Part shown: in pieces, positions 49,610 through 58,050 of the stretch | Numbering within the stretch: position 1 is the stretch's first letter | Layout: every line of letters starts with the position of its first letter | Assembly (NCBI GenBank): GCA_038145765.1 | Contig: JAYQQG010000004.1 | Coordinates: 1 to 62,459 of the forward strand | Length of the DNA: 62,459 bases | Reading direction: 5' to 3' | Source: Verrucomicrobiales bacterium | GTDB taxonomy: Bacteria > Verrucomicrobiota > Verrucomicrobiia > Limisphaerales > UBA1100 | The notes under the pieces: model-generated | What the model was told of the DNA's origin: nothing | The model's database searches: none | Seen by the model: the letters and a program-made list of their open reading frames with translations, nothing else | Translations under genes and position numbers: made by a program

Positions 49610-49648
49610 CTGCGTGATTTTCTGCTATCATGCGTCAATTTCACGCAG
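49610..49648 (-). promoter_or_regulatory. Inverted repeat in the 5' leader or promoter region of the pseudopilin gene
   Basis: CTGCGTGA (49610-49617) and TCACGCAG (49641-49648) form a perfect 8-bp inverted repeat with a 23-nt spacer, 34 nt upstream of the start codon. Function is unknown. Confidence 0.3.
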
Positions 49649-49781
49649 CTGTTTCGAGTTGTTGCTGATTTTTCAGGCGTTTCTTCAACTCCGTCCAAAC
49701 CAATAGCCGTGATACCGCAATAATTATGCCAGCATGAATGATTGTTGAGAACTTCCAACGGATTACTAGGAAAACCTCAGG

Positions 49782-50540
49782 TCAGGAAGCCCCGCCCATC
49801 GTCTTGGGCAGCAGCCACTCGGTCACTTTACTGACCATGGCCGGTAATGATTCCGGATCGGTTTCCGGATCGAAAACGTGATCGCAGTTTTCGATTTCGA
49901 ATAATTCCTTGGGTTCTTGAGCCAAGGCAAAGATCTCGCGGGATTCCTCAATCGGCACTACGTCATCCACCGTGCCGTGCACCAGCAGCCATGGGATTTT
50001 GATCTGGGCACCCAGCTCAAGCACACTGCCAATCTCGTTCATGTCATCCACAAACGTCTGCGTAAGCGGGTATTCTTCTTTGCCCCACATGCAGCCGCTG
50101 CCGGGAGTTTCCTCGCCAAATTCCACCTCGGAAAACTTGGCCGTGTGCACCATGCCCGCAAGGGAAACCAGCAACTCAATCCGGTCATCGGCCGCAGCCC
50201 GTTTCACACCCACCGCACCGCCCATACTGTGGCCCAGATACGCAATGCGGCGGCCTTGCGCCTTAAGGGAATCGATCACCACACCCAGATCCTCCACTTC
50301 CTTGCTCACACAGGAATCTTGAAAGCACCCTTCCGAGCCGCCGTTCCCAGAGAAGGAAAATCGTAAGGCGGGAATGCCCGCCATGGCCAAGCCTTTGGCC
50401 AAGGCGACCACAAACGGGCGGTCCATATTAGCCGTGACTCCGTGCCCAATCACGGCCGTAAACGGGCAATCGCCTTGGGCGGCATGAAAGGCGTACTCCA
50501 GTTTCTCTCCCTGCGCGTTACGAATCTCCGCGTCCATCAC
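49782..50540 (-). CDS. Alpha/beta hydrolase
   Basis: 252 aa. It has the nucleophile elbow GHSMGG, a late acidic residue in HGTVDDVVP and a catalytic-His context NCDHVF. Confidence 0.8.
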   Translation of the reverse strand: MMDAEIRNAQGEKLEYAFHAAQGDCPFTAVIGHGVTANMDRPFVVALAKGLAMAGIPALRFSFSGNGGSEGCFQDSCVSKEVEDLGVVIDSLKAQGRRIAYLGHSMGGAVGVKRAAADDRIELLVSLAGMVHTAKFSEVEFGEETPGSGCMWGKEEYPLTQTFVDDMNEIGSVLELGAQIKIPWLLVHGTVDDVVPIEESREIFALAQEPKELFEIENCDHVFDPETDPESLPAMVSKVTEWLLPKTMGGAS

Positions 50541-50568
50541 GCGCGGGTTATGGACTAAATCCTCCGAT

Positions 50569-51219
50569 TTAGCGAGTCATTTCACTCCTGCCCCATCGCC
50601 AAACCGACCATTCCATCAGGCCGCCACGCAAGCCGCCTCCTTGCTCCCGAATCGCGCCCTGTTCGATGAAGATGCCTTTCCAATCCGGCAACGCCCCTGC
50701 CTCCAGCCGGGTCATCACGCGAAAAAAGGCATACATGACCGACAGCAACAGCCGGTGACTCCAGCGCCGCCAGCCCGTTTGGGTATCGGAAAACTCGGCC
50801 ACCGCCCATAATCCTGATGGCCGCAACGTCCGCCGCGATCGATCCAGCCAGCCGGACAAGGTGGATGCGGTAAAACAATCCAAAAAGAAACACGTCACCA
50901 CCGCATCATACCTATCAGCCGGATACTCCCAAGCCAAGGCATCCACATGGTAAAAAGTCGCCGATGTTCCCCCGGGCAATCGCTCCTTGGCTCGAGCAAT
51001 CATCGCAGCACTTCCTTCAAGACAATCCACCTCGATAGTCGGGTACCGCCGCACCAGTTCCGCCACAAATCGCCCGTCACCTTCGCCGATGGTCAGCACC
51101 CGCTGACATCCCTCCAGAGCCGGCAACAAGGCAAACCGGCACCGTTCCAAGTCTTTTTGAAACGCCACATACTCTAGCCACCGATACAGCCGCGCCATCT
51201 TATCAAACGTGCTGCCCAT
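50569..51219 (-). CDS. Class I SAM-dependent methyltransferase
   Basis: The listed 407-aa ORF is trimmed to Met192 (ATG at 51219). The SAM motif VLTIGEGDGRF is followed by DAVVTCFFLDCF. An alternative GTG start at 51321 would form a GTGA overlap with the upstream stop and add a Gly/Pro-rich 34-aa extension. Confidence 0.72.
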   Translation of the reverse strand: MGSTFDKMARLYRWLEYVAFQKDLERCRFALLPALEGCQRVLTIGEGDGRFVAELVRRYPTIEVDCLEGSAAMIARAKERLPGGTSATFYHVDALAWEYPADRYDAVVTCFFLDCFTASTLSGWLDRSRRTLRPSGLWAVAEFSDTQTGWRRWSHRLLLSVMYAFFRVMTRLEAGALPDWKGIFIEQGAIREQGGGLRGGLMEWSVWRWGRSEMTR

Positions 51220-51317
51220 GCCACCCCGTGCCGCCGGTGCCCCGCCGGCAGGCCCAAAGCCATCCCCCTGCCGGCAAGGCGCCGGCAGCACTGGAAACCC
51301 ACTGGGTTGCCCTTGGT

Positions 51318-52262
51318 TCACCACAAAATAAAAACCGGCACCCACAAAACCGCATCTGCCCACACCCGGCGCAGTTCCGGATCCATCTCCGGCGCGCGCC
51401 GCGCTAGCTCCAGCAAAGCCAACGCGCTGCCCGCCAACGCCACCGCCAAGGGCAGCAAAGCAACCTCCAGCACCGGCGCTGCCCCCGCCAAGAGCAGCGG
51501 TGCCATTGCCAGCCTCGGCAAAGCCGTTTCCATGCCCGGCCACTGCCGCGCCATCGAGTGCTGTCCCATCGCCCGATCCCGCGCCCGGTCCCATCCTGCA
51601 ATAAGCAGGCAGTTCAAGCTGCATATACAGGCCCAAGCAATCCCCAACAGGGCTAACGGCATGGAAAAAGGGGCTTTCATCAGGACAAAAAATAAGGTCC
51701 ACGCTGCAAAGCCAACCCCGGCCATGAATTCTTTTACTCGCCCGGCCAACGCCAGCATCTTTTTGTGATGTTGCAGGAAAAAATATCCGCACACCCCTGC
51801 AGCCAACGCGCCTCCTGCCAGCAGTTCAGAACGCGGCAATTGCCCGGCCAGAATCACTACCCCCAATAAACCAAGCCCCCATGCCACGCTCAATGGGTTC
51901 GTGTGCATCCGGGCAAACTCGTGCCGGGCCGAATCCACTGGCCCCTTCAAACGCCGCGCGTCCAGCAACCGATCCCCGCAATAAGCCAACCACGCACACA
52001 ACGCAAGTATCCCTCGCTCTATTCCACTTAAGGTTGCCCCCGCACTCCAGGCAAACGCCTCTTGCGCAACCAAAGCCACTAGGACCGCATCCAAACTGAG
52101 GACATGCAACCACAGCCACCACGGACGGCCCGCATCTTCAACCACGGATATTGTCGCCGACCAGCTCTCTTTCACCGGCCGCAAGCCTGCCACAGTCTCA
52201 CCCAAACCTAAAGCCGCCAAAAAAATGAACGGTGCCCCCGGAAGGGCACCGCCATTTAGCAC
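51318..52262 (-). CDS. Polytopic membrane protein, possibly a divergent UbiA-superfamily prenyltransferase
   Basis: 314 aa with about 8 hydrophobic segments. Two Asp-rich loops (AYCGDRLLDARR and GWDRARDRA) are spaced as in the UbiA fold. The assignment is tentative and the start is not verified. Confidence 0.55.
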   Translation of the reverse strand: MLNGGALPGAPFIFLAALGLGETVAGLRPVKESWSATISVVEDAGRPWWLWLHVLSLDAVLVALVAQEAFAWSAGATLSGIERGILALCAWLAYCGDRLLDARRLKGPVDSARHEFARMHTNPLSVAWGLGLLGVVILAGQLPRSELLAGGALAAGVCGYFFLQHHKKMLALAGRVKEFMAGVGFAAWTLFFVLMKAPFSMPLALLGIAWACICSLNCLLIAGWDRARDRAMGQHSMARQWPGMETALPRLAMAPLLLAGAAPVLEVALLPLAVALAGSALALLELARRAPEMDPELRRVWADAVLWVPVFILW

Positions 52263-52480
52263 AACCCATTAACACGGGGAACCACCACCGTGTAATGTCG
52301 GGATTCTCCTAGGATTCCCTACCTCTTATTCGCCAAGGCCATATGAATTCTTTCACAAAAAATGATTTTTTCTAATCGGCATACCCCAAAAACTCTAGGC
52401 CCACACATTAACCACGCTATTTCTAGAATGTTGAACGAGAATTTCACCGAGAATCGGCGGACATATTCTCTCAAGCTGCC

Positions 52481-53224
52481 CTACGGCAACTCGCGGATGC
52501 GCAGCCCCTTGAATTCGATCGGAGCACCTTCGCTCTCGAGGCACAGATACCCCGTCGCCGGCTTGCATTCAGTGCCGCCGCTGACTTCCACGCCGTTCAC
52601 CCACAGGCGCACTTCACCGTTGATGGCGCGGATGTAGTAGTGATTCCACTCGCCGGCCGGTTTGGTGAGCCGTTGTGTGGGAAAACTTCGGCTGCTATTG
52701 GGTTTGCCTACCACGTACTCGGTGCCGTCCTTTTTCTTGTAAGTAATCTGCGGCGTGAACGCCTTCATGCGGGCGTTACCGGTGGGGAACACATCGCCAT
52801 GGCTGGTGAACCAGTCGCTCGGCTTGCCCCGCCCTCTTTCCCAATTGGTCTCGTAGCCGAGATCCAGAACCTGCACCTCGATACCTGCGGGCAGGCGGCC
52901 TTTGCCGGCTTCCAAATTCTTAATGCTGTCCGGCGTGGCCCATAGGAATACCCCGCTGTTGCCGGCGTGTTTGAGGTGCCGCCATTGCACGACCAGCTCG
53001 AGATTGGTCACCATCTTCTTGGTCCGGATCACACCCACGGGATTGCCGGTGCATTTGATGAGCCCATCCTTGCCCCAGCTCCACGTGTCCTCCTTGCAAT
53101 TGACGTTGATAAAATCCTTCTCCGTCATCGCCCGCCAACCGGGGCCAGTGCCGTTGATAAAGGCCTTCGGCTCAGCGCCGAGAAGAAAAACGGAAGTCGC
53201 GAGGAGAAATAAGGCGTGTTTCAT
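52481..53224 (-). CDS. DUF1080 domain protein (3-keto-disaccharide hydrolase family fold)
   Basis: I prefer ATG 53224, which opens signal peptide MKHALFLLATSVFLLGA. Family blocks are DGLIKCTG, NLELVVQWRH, GNSGVFLW, GDVF, IRAINGEVRLWVNG and the ending IEFKGLRIRELP. Confidence 0.85.
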   Translation of the reverse strand: MKHALFLLATSVFLLGAEPKAFINGTGPGWRAMTEKDFINVNCKEDTWSWGKDGLIKCTGNPVGVIRTKKMVTNLELVVQWRHLKHAGNSGVFLWATPDSIKNLEAGKGRLPAGIEVQVLDLGYETNWERGRGKPSDWFTSHGDVFPTGNARMKAFTPQITYKKKDGTEYVVGKPNSSRSFPTQRLTKPAGEWNHYYIRAINGEVRLWVNGVEVSGGTECKPATGYLCLESEGAPIEFKGLRIRELP

Positions 53225-53304
53225 TGGGCAAATTCTCAAGGCACAATTTTCAATTATCAAACAAATTCCTTGTAAATTGATCTTTGAAAAATGAAAATTC
53301 CTCC

Positions 53305-54714
53305 ATGGATCGGCGCACCTTTCTCATGGCCTCGACGGCCGCCGCGGGCGGGTTGAAGTTCGCGCCGGACACACTGCTGGGCGCACCGACCAATCCCCTG
53401 GGTGGCCGCAAAAAACCCGCCAAATCCGTCATCCTGTTTTTCCTCTGTGGCGGCTCGTCTCACATCGACATGTGGGACATGAAACCCGAAGCCCCCATGG
53501 CGTACCGCGGTCCCTTCAATCCCATCAAGACCACCGCACCCGGCGTGGAGATTTGCGAGCACCTGCCGCTCACCGCCAAGCAGGGCAAGCATCTGGCCAT
53601 CGTGCGGTCGGTCGGCGATGGCGGACAGGCCACCGGCGACCATCATGCCGGATATTATTACAACCTCACCGGCAACGTGCCGGACCTCACTTTCCGCACG
53701 CAAGGCAACAACCGTCGTCCTTACGCCACCGACGCCCCCTACATGGGCACGGTGATCGGCCAGCGCCGGCCGAAGCATCCAAAGCTGCCGCAGGTCATCA
53801 CCCTGCCCACCAAACCCAGCCGCGCACCCTACACGCGCCCCGGCCAATTCGCCGGACGCCTCGGCTTGGAGCATGATCCCTTTTACATTTACGGTCGGCA
53901 CGAGGCGCCGCTGAAATTCACCGCGCCCTCACTCACGCTTACCGAAGGTCTCGACCGCAAACGCCTCGCCGACCGCAAGGTGTTCCTCGAGGCCGTCAAC
54001 AACGCCCGGGCCGCTGCCGAGAATGATCCGGCCATCTCCAATTATACGCGGCAACAACAAAAAGCCTTTGAGCTGCTCAACAGCACCGCCACCGCGGGCG
54101 CGTTTGACATCGCCAACGAGCCGAAGAAAGTGCGCGAACGTTACGGCGAACATCTCAACGGCATGAGTATGCTGATGGCCCGCCGATTGGTTGAGGCTGG
54201 CGTGCCGTTTGTCACGGTGTTCTGGAAGGTCGACGGCATCAACAGCCCGCTCGCCAAGAAATGTCGCAGCGCCGGCGGCTGGGATACGCACGGCAACAAT
54301 TTCGAATGCCTCAAGGAAGATCTCCTGCCGCGATTCGATCGCTGCTACAGCGCGCTGCTGGAGGATCTCGACCAACGCGGCCTGCTGGATTCCACCCTCG
54401 TCGTGCTCACCAGTGAGATGGGCCGCAAACCGAAGATTGGCGATCCCCGTTCCGGCGGTGTGAAAGGCGCCGGTCGCGATCACTGGACCGCCTGCCAAAG
54501 CATCGTGCTCGCCGGCGGCGGTATCCAAGGCGGCCAAACCTTTGGCAAGACCGATGAGTTTGCCGAGTACCCCACCGAGAAAGTCATGGGGCCGGAAAAC
54601 ATCGCCCACACCGTCTACCACGCCATGGGCATCGACGACCTCACTGCCACCGACGTTACCGGCCGCCCCTTCAACATCCTCGAAAAAGGCCGCCCCCTGA
54701 CGGAGCTGTTTTGA
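53305..54714 (+). CDS. DUF1501 domain protein (Tat-exported, sulfatase-like)
   Basis: The first in-frame ATG is at 53305 (MDRRTFLMASTAAAGG, Tat-like). Motifs are CGGSSHIDMWDMKPEAP, SEMGRKP and GRDHW. Confidence 0.9.
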   Translation: MDRRTFLMASTAAAGGLKFAPDTLLGAPTNPLGGRKKPAKSVILFFLCGGSSHIDMWDMKPEAPMAYRGPFNPIKTTAPGVEICEHLPLTAKQGKHLAIVRSVGDGGQATGDHHAGYYYNLTGNVPDLTFRTQGNNRRPYATDAPYMGTVIGQRRPKHPKLPQVITLPTKPSRAPYTRPGQFAGRLGLEHDPFYIYGRHEAPLKFTAPSLTLTEGLDRKRLADRKVFLEAVNNARAAAENDPAISNYTRQQQKAFELLNSTATAGAFDIANEPKKVRERYGEHLNGMSMLMARRLVEAGVPFVTVFWKVDGINSPLAKKCRSAGGWDTHGNNFECLKEDLLPRFDRCYSALLEDLDQRGLLDSTLVVLTSEMGRKPKIGDPRSGGVKGAGRDHWTACQSIVLAGGGIQGGQTFGKTDEFAEYPTEKVMGPENIAHTVYHAMGIDDLTATDVTGRPFNILEKGRPLTELF

Positions 54715-54747
54715 CCGGGTAAGGCGAGTTCCTTCCATTTAATCGAG

Positions 54748-55209
54748 ATGTCCATCGAAGCCAAACTCACTGAACTCAGTATTACCCTGCCCGAAGCTCC
54801 GGCCGCCGTGGCTGCTTATCAGCCATGGATCCGCACAGGCAACCTGATCTACACCTCCGGTCAGCTCCCTTTTCGTAACGGCGAAATCGCATATGCCGGC
54901 AAACTAGGCGCCGATCTATCTGAAGAAGATGGCTACCAGGCCGCACGCCAGGCTGCCCTGAATGCGCTCGCGCAAATCAAAGCGGCCACGGGCGATCTCG
55001 ACAAGGTGAAGACCATTGTCCGGATTGAAGGCTACGTCCATTGCGCCGAAGGCTTTCGCGGCCATCCGCAGGTGCTCAATGGGGCTTCCGACCTCATGGC
55101 CGAAATCTTCGGCGACCGCGGCCAACACACCCGGCTCGCCCTCGGCATCAACGAAATGCCCCTCAACGCTGCCGTGCAGTTGGCGATGACGGTGGAAGTG
55201 GCCGATTAG
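54748..55209 (+). CDS. RidA/YjgF/TdcF family protein
   Basis: 153 aa. The pattern GNLIYTSGQLP...DGYQAARQAALNALAQIK...IVRIEGYV...HTRLALGINEMPLNAAVQLAMTVEV is typical of the family. Confidence 0.85.
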   Translation: MSIEAKLTELSITLPEAPAAVAAYQPWIRTGNLIYTSGQLPFRNGEIAYAGKLGADLSEEDGYQAARQAALNALAQIKAATGDLDKVKTIVRIEGYVHCAEGFRGHPQVLNGASDLMAEIFGDRGQHTRLALGINEMPLNAAVQLAMTVEVAD

Positions 55210-55221
55210 CCCAAGTATTCC

Positions 55222-56595
55222 CTAAAGAATTTCCCGGATCGCTTGGCCGTGATCGACCAGCGGCACCGGCCGCCCTGCAAAATCATTAAAGCTCAATTGC
55301 GGATCGATGCCGAGCACCGTGTAAATCGTCGCCAACACATCATCGGGCTTCAACGCACGCGATACCGGATACTCCGCTTTCGAGTTGGTGGCACCAATAA
55401 CTTGGCCCGTCTTCAGTCCGCCTCCAGCCAACACAACGCTCATCGCCTGCCCCCAGTGGTCGCGGCCGGGAATGGGGATGCCGGGTTGGCCACTATTGAG
55501 TTTCGGGGTGCGGCCAAATTCGCCCATCACCACCACCAGCACGTCATCTAGCATGCCGCGTTGTTTCAAATCTTCCAGCAACCCGGCCACTGCCTGATCC
55601 AAATAAGGCAAACGATCCTCCAGCGCGGTTTTGATTTTGGAATGGTTATCCCAGTGAGGCATATCAACCGTCACAAAACTCACTCCCTGTTCCACCAACC
55701 GCCGCGCCATCAGGGTATAGTGTCCCCAAGGCCCGCGACCGTACAAATCACGCAGTTTGGTGTTTTCACGATCGATATCGAACGCCTCACGCGCTCGACC
55801 GCTCAATACCATATCCACGGCTTCCTGCTGATAACGATCCAACGCCTCGATGGAACCGGTCTGGTCGATTTTACGATTAATTTGGTCGAGGTTTTCCAGG
55901 AGGCTCACCCGGCTCTGCACGCGGCCGCTTTGTTCCTCGAGATTATCCAGCACGGGCGCTTTCTGTATCTTGGCTGTCGAGCGGGCGGCCAAGTATTTCT
56001 GTTTCATGTTCAACTGAAACGGATTAAACGCCGAACCTAAATACGCCGCGCCTTGATAGCCGGGATACAGATAAACACTCTCGGCGGCCGGTAATCCCAC
56101 ATAGGCCGGCATGCCTTGGGTATTGGGGCCTTTCGCACGACTCACACAGGACCCCACGGAGGGAAATTTCTGGGCCTTATCCTTGGAGGTGCTTCCATAT
56201 CGGCCGGTCAACATCCAGTGCGCGGCGGCAAAATGGTCGCCATTGTCATGATGCACCGAGCGCAGCACGCACATTTTATCCGCATGCTTGGCCTGCAGCG
56301 GCAGCATTTCGGAAAAGCGAATCCCAGGCACATTCGTCGGCATGTCCAGCCACGGCCCGCGGTATTCCCTGGGCGCGGCAGGTTTGGGATCGTAAGTCTC
56401 CATGTGGCTCGGCCCGCCATCGAGCCAAATCAAAATCACCGACTTGCCATTGCGCTTGGCCGTGCCCTCCGCACGCAGCCGCATCAAGTCCGCACTCGAA
56501 AGCCCGAGTGCCCCGAGAAAGCCCGCCTTCAACGCCGTGCGACGGGAAAAGCCTGCGCAGTTGGGGGAAAATTGGCCGTGTTGTAGCTCAAGCAT
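55222..56595 (-). CDS. DUF1501 domain protein (Tat-exported, sulfatase-like)
   Basis: The listed ORF is trimmed to Met34 (ATG at 56595), which has the RBS AAGGAG 7 nt upstream. Motifs are a Tat-like SRRTALKAGFLGALG, DGGPSHMETYDPKP, GEFGRTP and GRDHW. Confidence 0.9.
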   Translation of the reverse strand: MLELQHGQFSPNCAGFSRRTALKAGFLGALGLSSADLMRLRAEGTAKRNGKSVILIWLDGGPSHMETYDPKPAAPREYRGPWLDMPTNVPGIRFSEMLPLQAKHADKMCVLRSVHHDNGDHFAAAHWMLTGRYGSTSKDKAQKFPSVGSCVSRAKGPNTQGMPAYVGLPAAESVYLYPGYQGAAYLGSAFNPFQLNMKQKYLAARSTAKIQKAPVLDNLEEQSGRVQSRVSLLENLDQINRKIDQTGSIEALDRYQQEAVDMVLSGRAREAFDIDRENTKLRDLYGRGPWGHYTLMARRLVEQGVSFVTVDMPHWDNHSKIKTALEDRLPYLDQAVAGLLEDLKQRGMLDDVLVVVMGEFGRTPKLNSGQPGIPIPGRDHWGQAMSVVLAGGGLKTGQVIGATNSKAEYPVSRALKPDDVLATIYTVLGIDPQLSFNDFAGRPVPLVDHGQAIREIL

Positions 56596-56658
56596 AACTA
56601 CTCCTTTGACGGTACAAGAAATTGGGCATTCGAGAAAGAGAAATGAAATACCCTGAGG

Positions 56659-56744
56659 CCAAGGTCCAAATCCCAAGGAATGACCAATACCCAAGAGCCC
56701 AAATGGGACTTGGTAATTCCATGGTCATTGAAAATTGGTCATTG
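56659..56744. repeat. Palindromic repeat element with TTGGTCATT core (copy B)
   Basis: The block 56659-56680 (ccaaggtccaaatcccaaggaa) matches 995-1016 at 20 of 22 positions. AATGACCAAT (56679-56688) and ATTGGTCATT (56735-56744) form a perfect 10-bp inverted repeat, and a further GGTCATTG lies at 56723. The element contains the stop codon (56739-56741) of the PQQ-like gene. Confidence 0.5.
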
Positions 56745-58049
56745 AGACTTCTTTTTGCCCACGGCAAAAAGCGTTCTCGTTCCCCTCAAATAAAGGACCC
56801 CATCTGAAATCGCCGGCGTCGCCATCAGTGTTTCGCCGACTTGATGGAACTTCGGCGGCTTGAATCGCTCGCCCGCTTCCAGCACAAACATAATGCCATC
56901 TTCACCGGCACAATAGATTTTGCCATCTGCCGCCACCGGTGAGGCGCTAAAGCCGTGCCCGCGGTGGCGGATGCGCTCGTAATAGTGCTCCTTGCCGGTC
57001 TTCAGGTCGAAGCAGCCGATTAGCCCGCTGTTGTTCAACGCATAAACTTTGCCGCGGTAGATGAGTGGCGTGGGCATGTACGGGCCGCGACGGTTTTGCC
57101 AGGCGACATGTTCACTGCCAGTGATGTCTCCTCGTCCGCCCGCGCGCAGACAAAAAATCGGCCGCTCAGGATGGCGACCGCTGGACACTAGAATGCGATC
57201 CCCATCGAACACCGGTGTGGGCGCCGAGATTTTCGCACTACCACCAAGCCGCCAAAGTTCCTTGCCGGTTGCCGGATCATAGCCACGGATGAATTTGGAC
57301 CCGTTGGCAACCAGTTCGGGGACCTGGCCCGGCCACACATTCGGCGTGCCCCACGATGGCAGCTCATCACGCGCCGTGCGCCAAAGCTCCTTGCCGGTTT
57401 TCACATCAAACGCCGCGATGAACGAACCCTTCTGCGCGTCGCACTGCACGATCACCTTGCCGCGCCAAATGATCGGCGAACTGGCCGAGCCCCATTCGTA
57501 CTCCGGCAGGTCATAGGCGCCCACGTCGAGACGGCCGAGGTTTTTCTTCCATAAGAGTTTCCCGGCAACCGTGTATGCAGCCAAACCTTCCGAACCAAAA
57601 AATGCCACGACATGTTTTCCGTCTGTCACCGGTGTGGAGTTTGCGTACGTCGCCTTGATATGACGCTTGTCGGTCGGCTTCTTTTTTACCGCCACCTGCG
57701 ACCACAACGTCTTGCCGGTGTTTTTGTCCAAACAAATAACCCGCCACTCATGCACGGAACGATCCGCCGCCGCAGTCCCAGCCCCGTACAAGCCGGGCTT
57801 AAAAGTGGGATCCGCAATACTGCTCACGGCCGAGGTGAGAAATAATCGATCACCCGAAATGATGGGTGAAGAATGCGCCAGCCCGGGAATTGCCACTTGA
57901 AACAACACACCCTTTCCCGTGGCGGCGTTCCATTCGGCGGGCAATGTTTGGCCATCAGCTACACCTGAAGCTTGTGGCCCGCGAAAGGATGGCCAGTCAG
58001 TGGCGTACAAACTGATTGCCAGCACCAATCCTGCCAGCCAGCGCAGCAT
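56739..58049 (-). CDS. PQQ-like (BamB-type) beta-propeller repeat protein
   Basis: 436 aa with a signal peptide. WPSFRGP is followed by recurring D-x-x-TGK-x-x-W blade motifs (LDKNTGKTLW, FDVKTGKELW, YDPATGKELW, FDLKTGKEHY). It starts 1 nt after the upstream stop. Confidence 0.8.
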   Translation of the reverse strand: MLRWLAGLVLAISLYATDWPSFRGPQASGVADGQTLPAEWNAATGKGVLFQVAIPGLAHSSPIISGDRLFLTSAVSSIADPTFKPGLYGAGTAAADRSVHEWRVICLDKNTGKTLWSQVAVKKKPTDKRHIKATYANSTPVTDGKHVVAFFGSEGLAAYTVAGKLLWKKNLGRLDVGAYDLPEYEWGSASSPIIWRGKVIVQCDAQKGSFIAAFDVKTGKELWRTARDELPSWGTPNVWPGQVPELVANGSKFIRGYDPATGKELWRLGGSAKISAPTPVFDGDRILVSSGRHPERPIFCLRAGGRGDITGSEHVAWQNRRGPYMPTPLIYRGKVYALNNSGLIGCFDLKTGKEHYYERIRHRGHGFSASPVAADGKIYCAGEDGIMFVLEAGERFKPPKFHQVGETLMATPAISDGVLYLRGTRTLFAVGKKKSQ

Positions 58050-58050
58050 G

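Noticed and set aside
51220-51792. 191-codon N-terminal extension of the methyltransferase ORF (50569..51792), which overlaps the membrane protein gene in another frame.
   Set aside because: The extension is Gly/Ala-rich low complexity and overlaps 51318..52262 by ~475 nt. The methyltransferase fold begins after Met192. Only the short GTG-51321 alternative is kept as a possibility.
56596-56694. 33-codon extension of the DUF1501 ORF at 55222..56694.
   Set aside because: The internal ATG at 56595 has an AAGGAG RBS and starts directly before the Tat motif. The extension runs into the repeat element.
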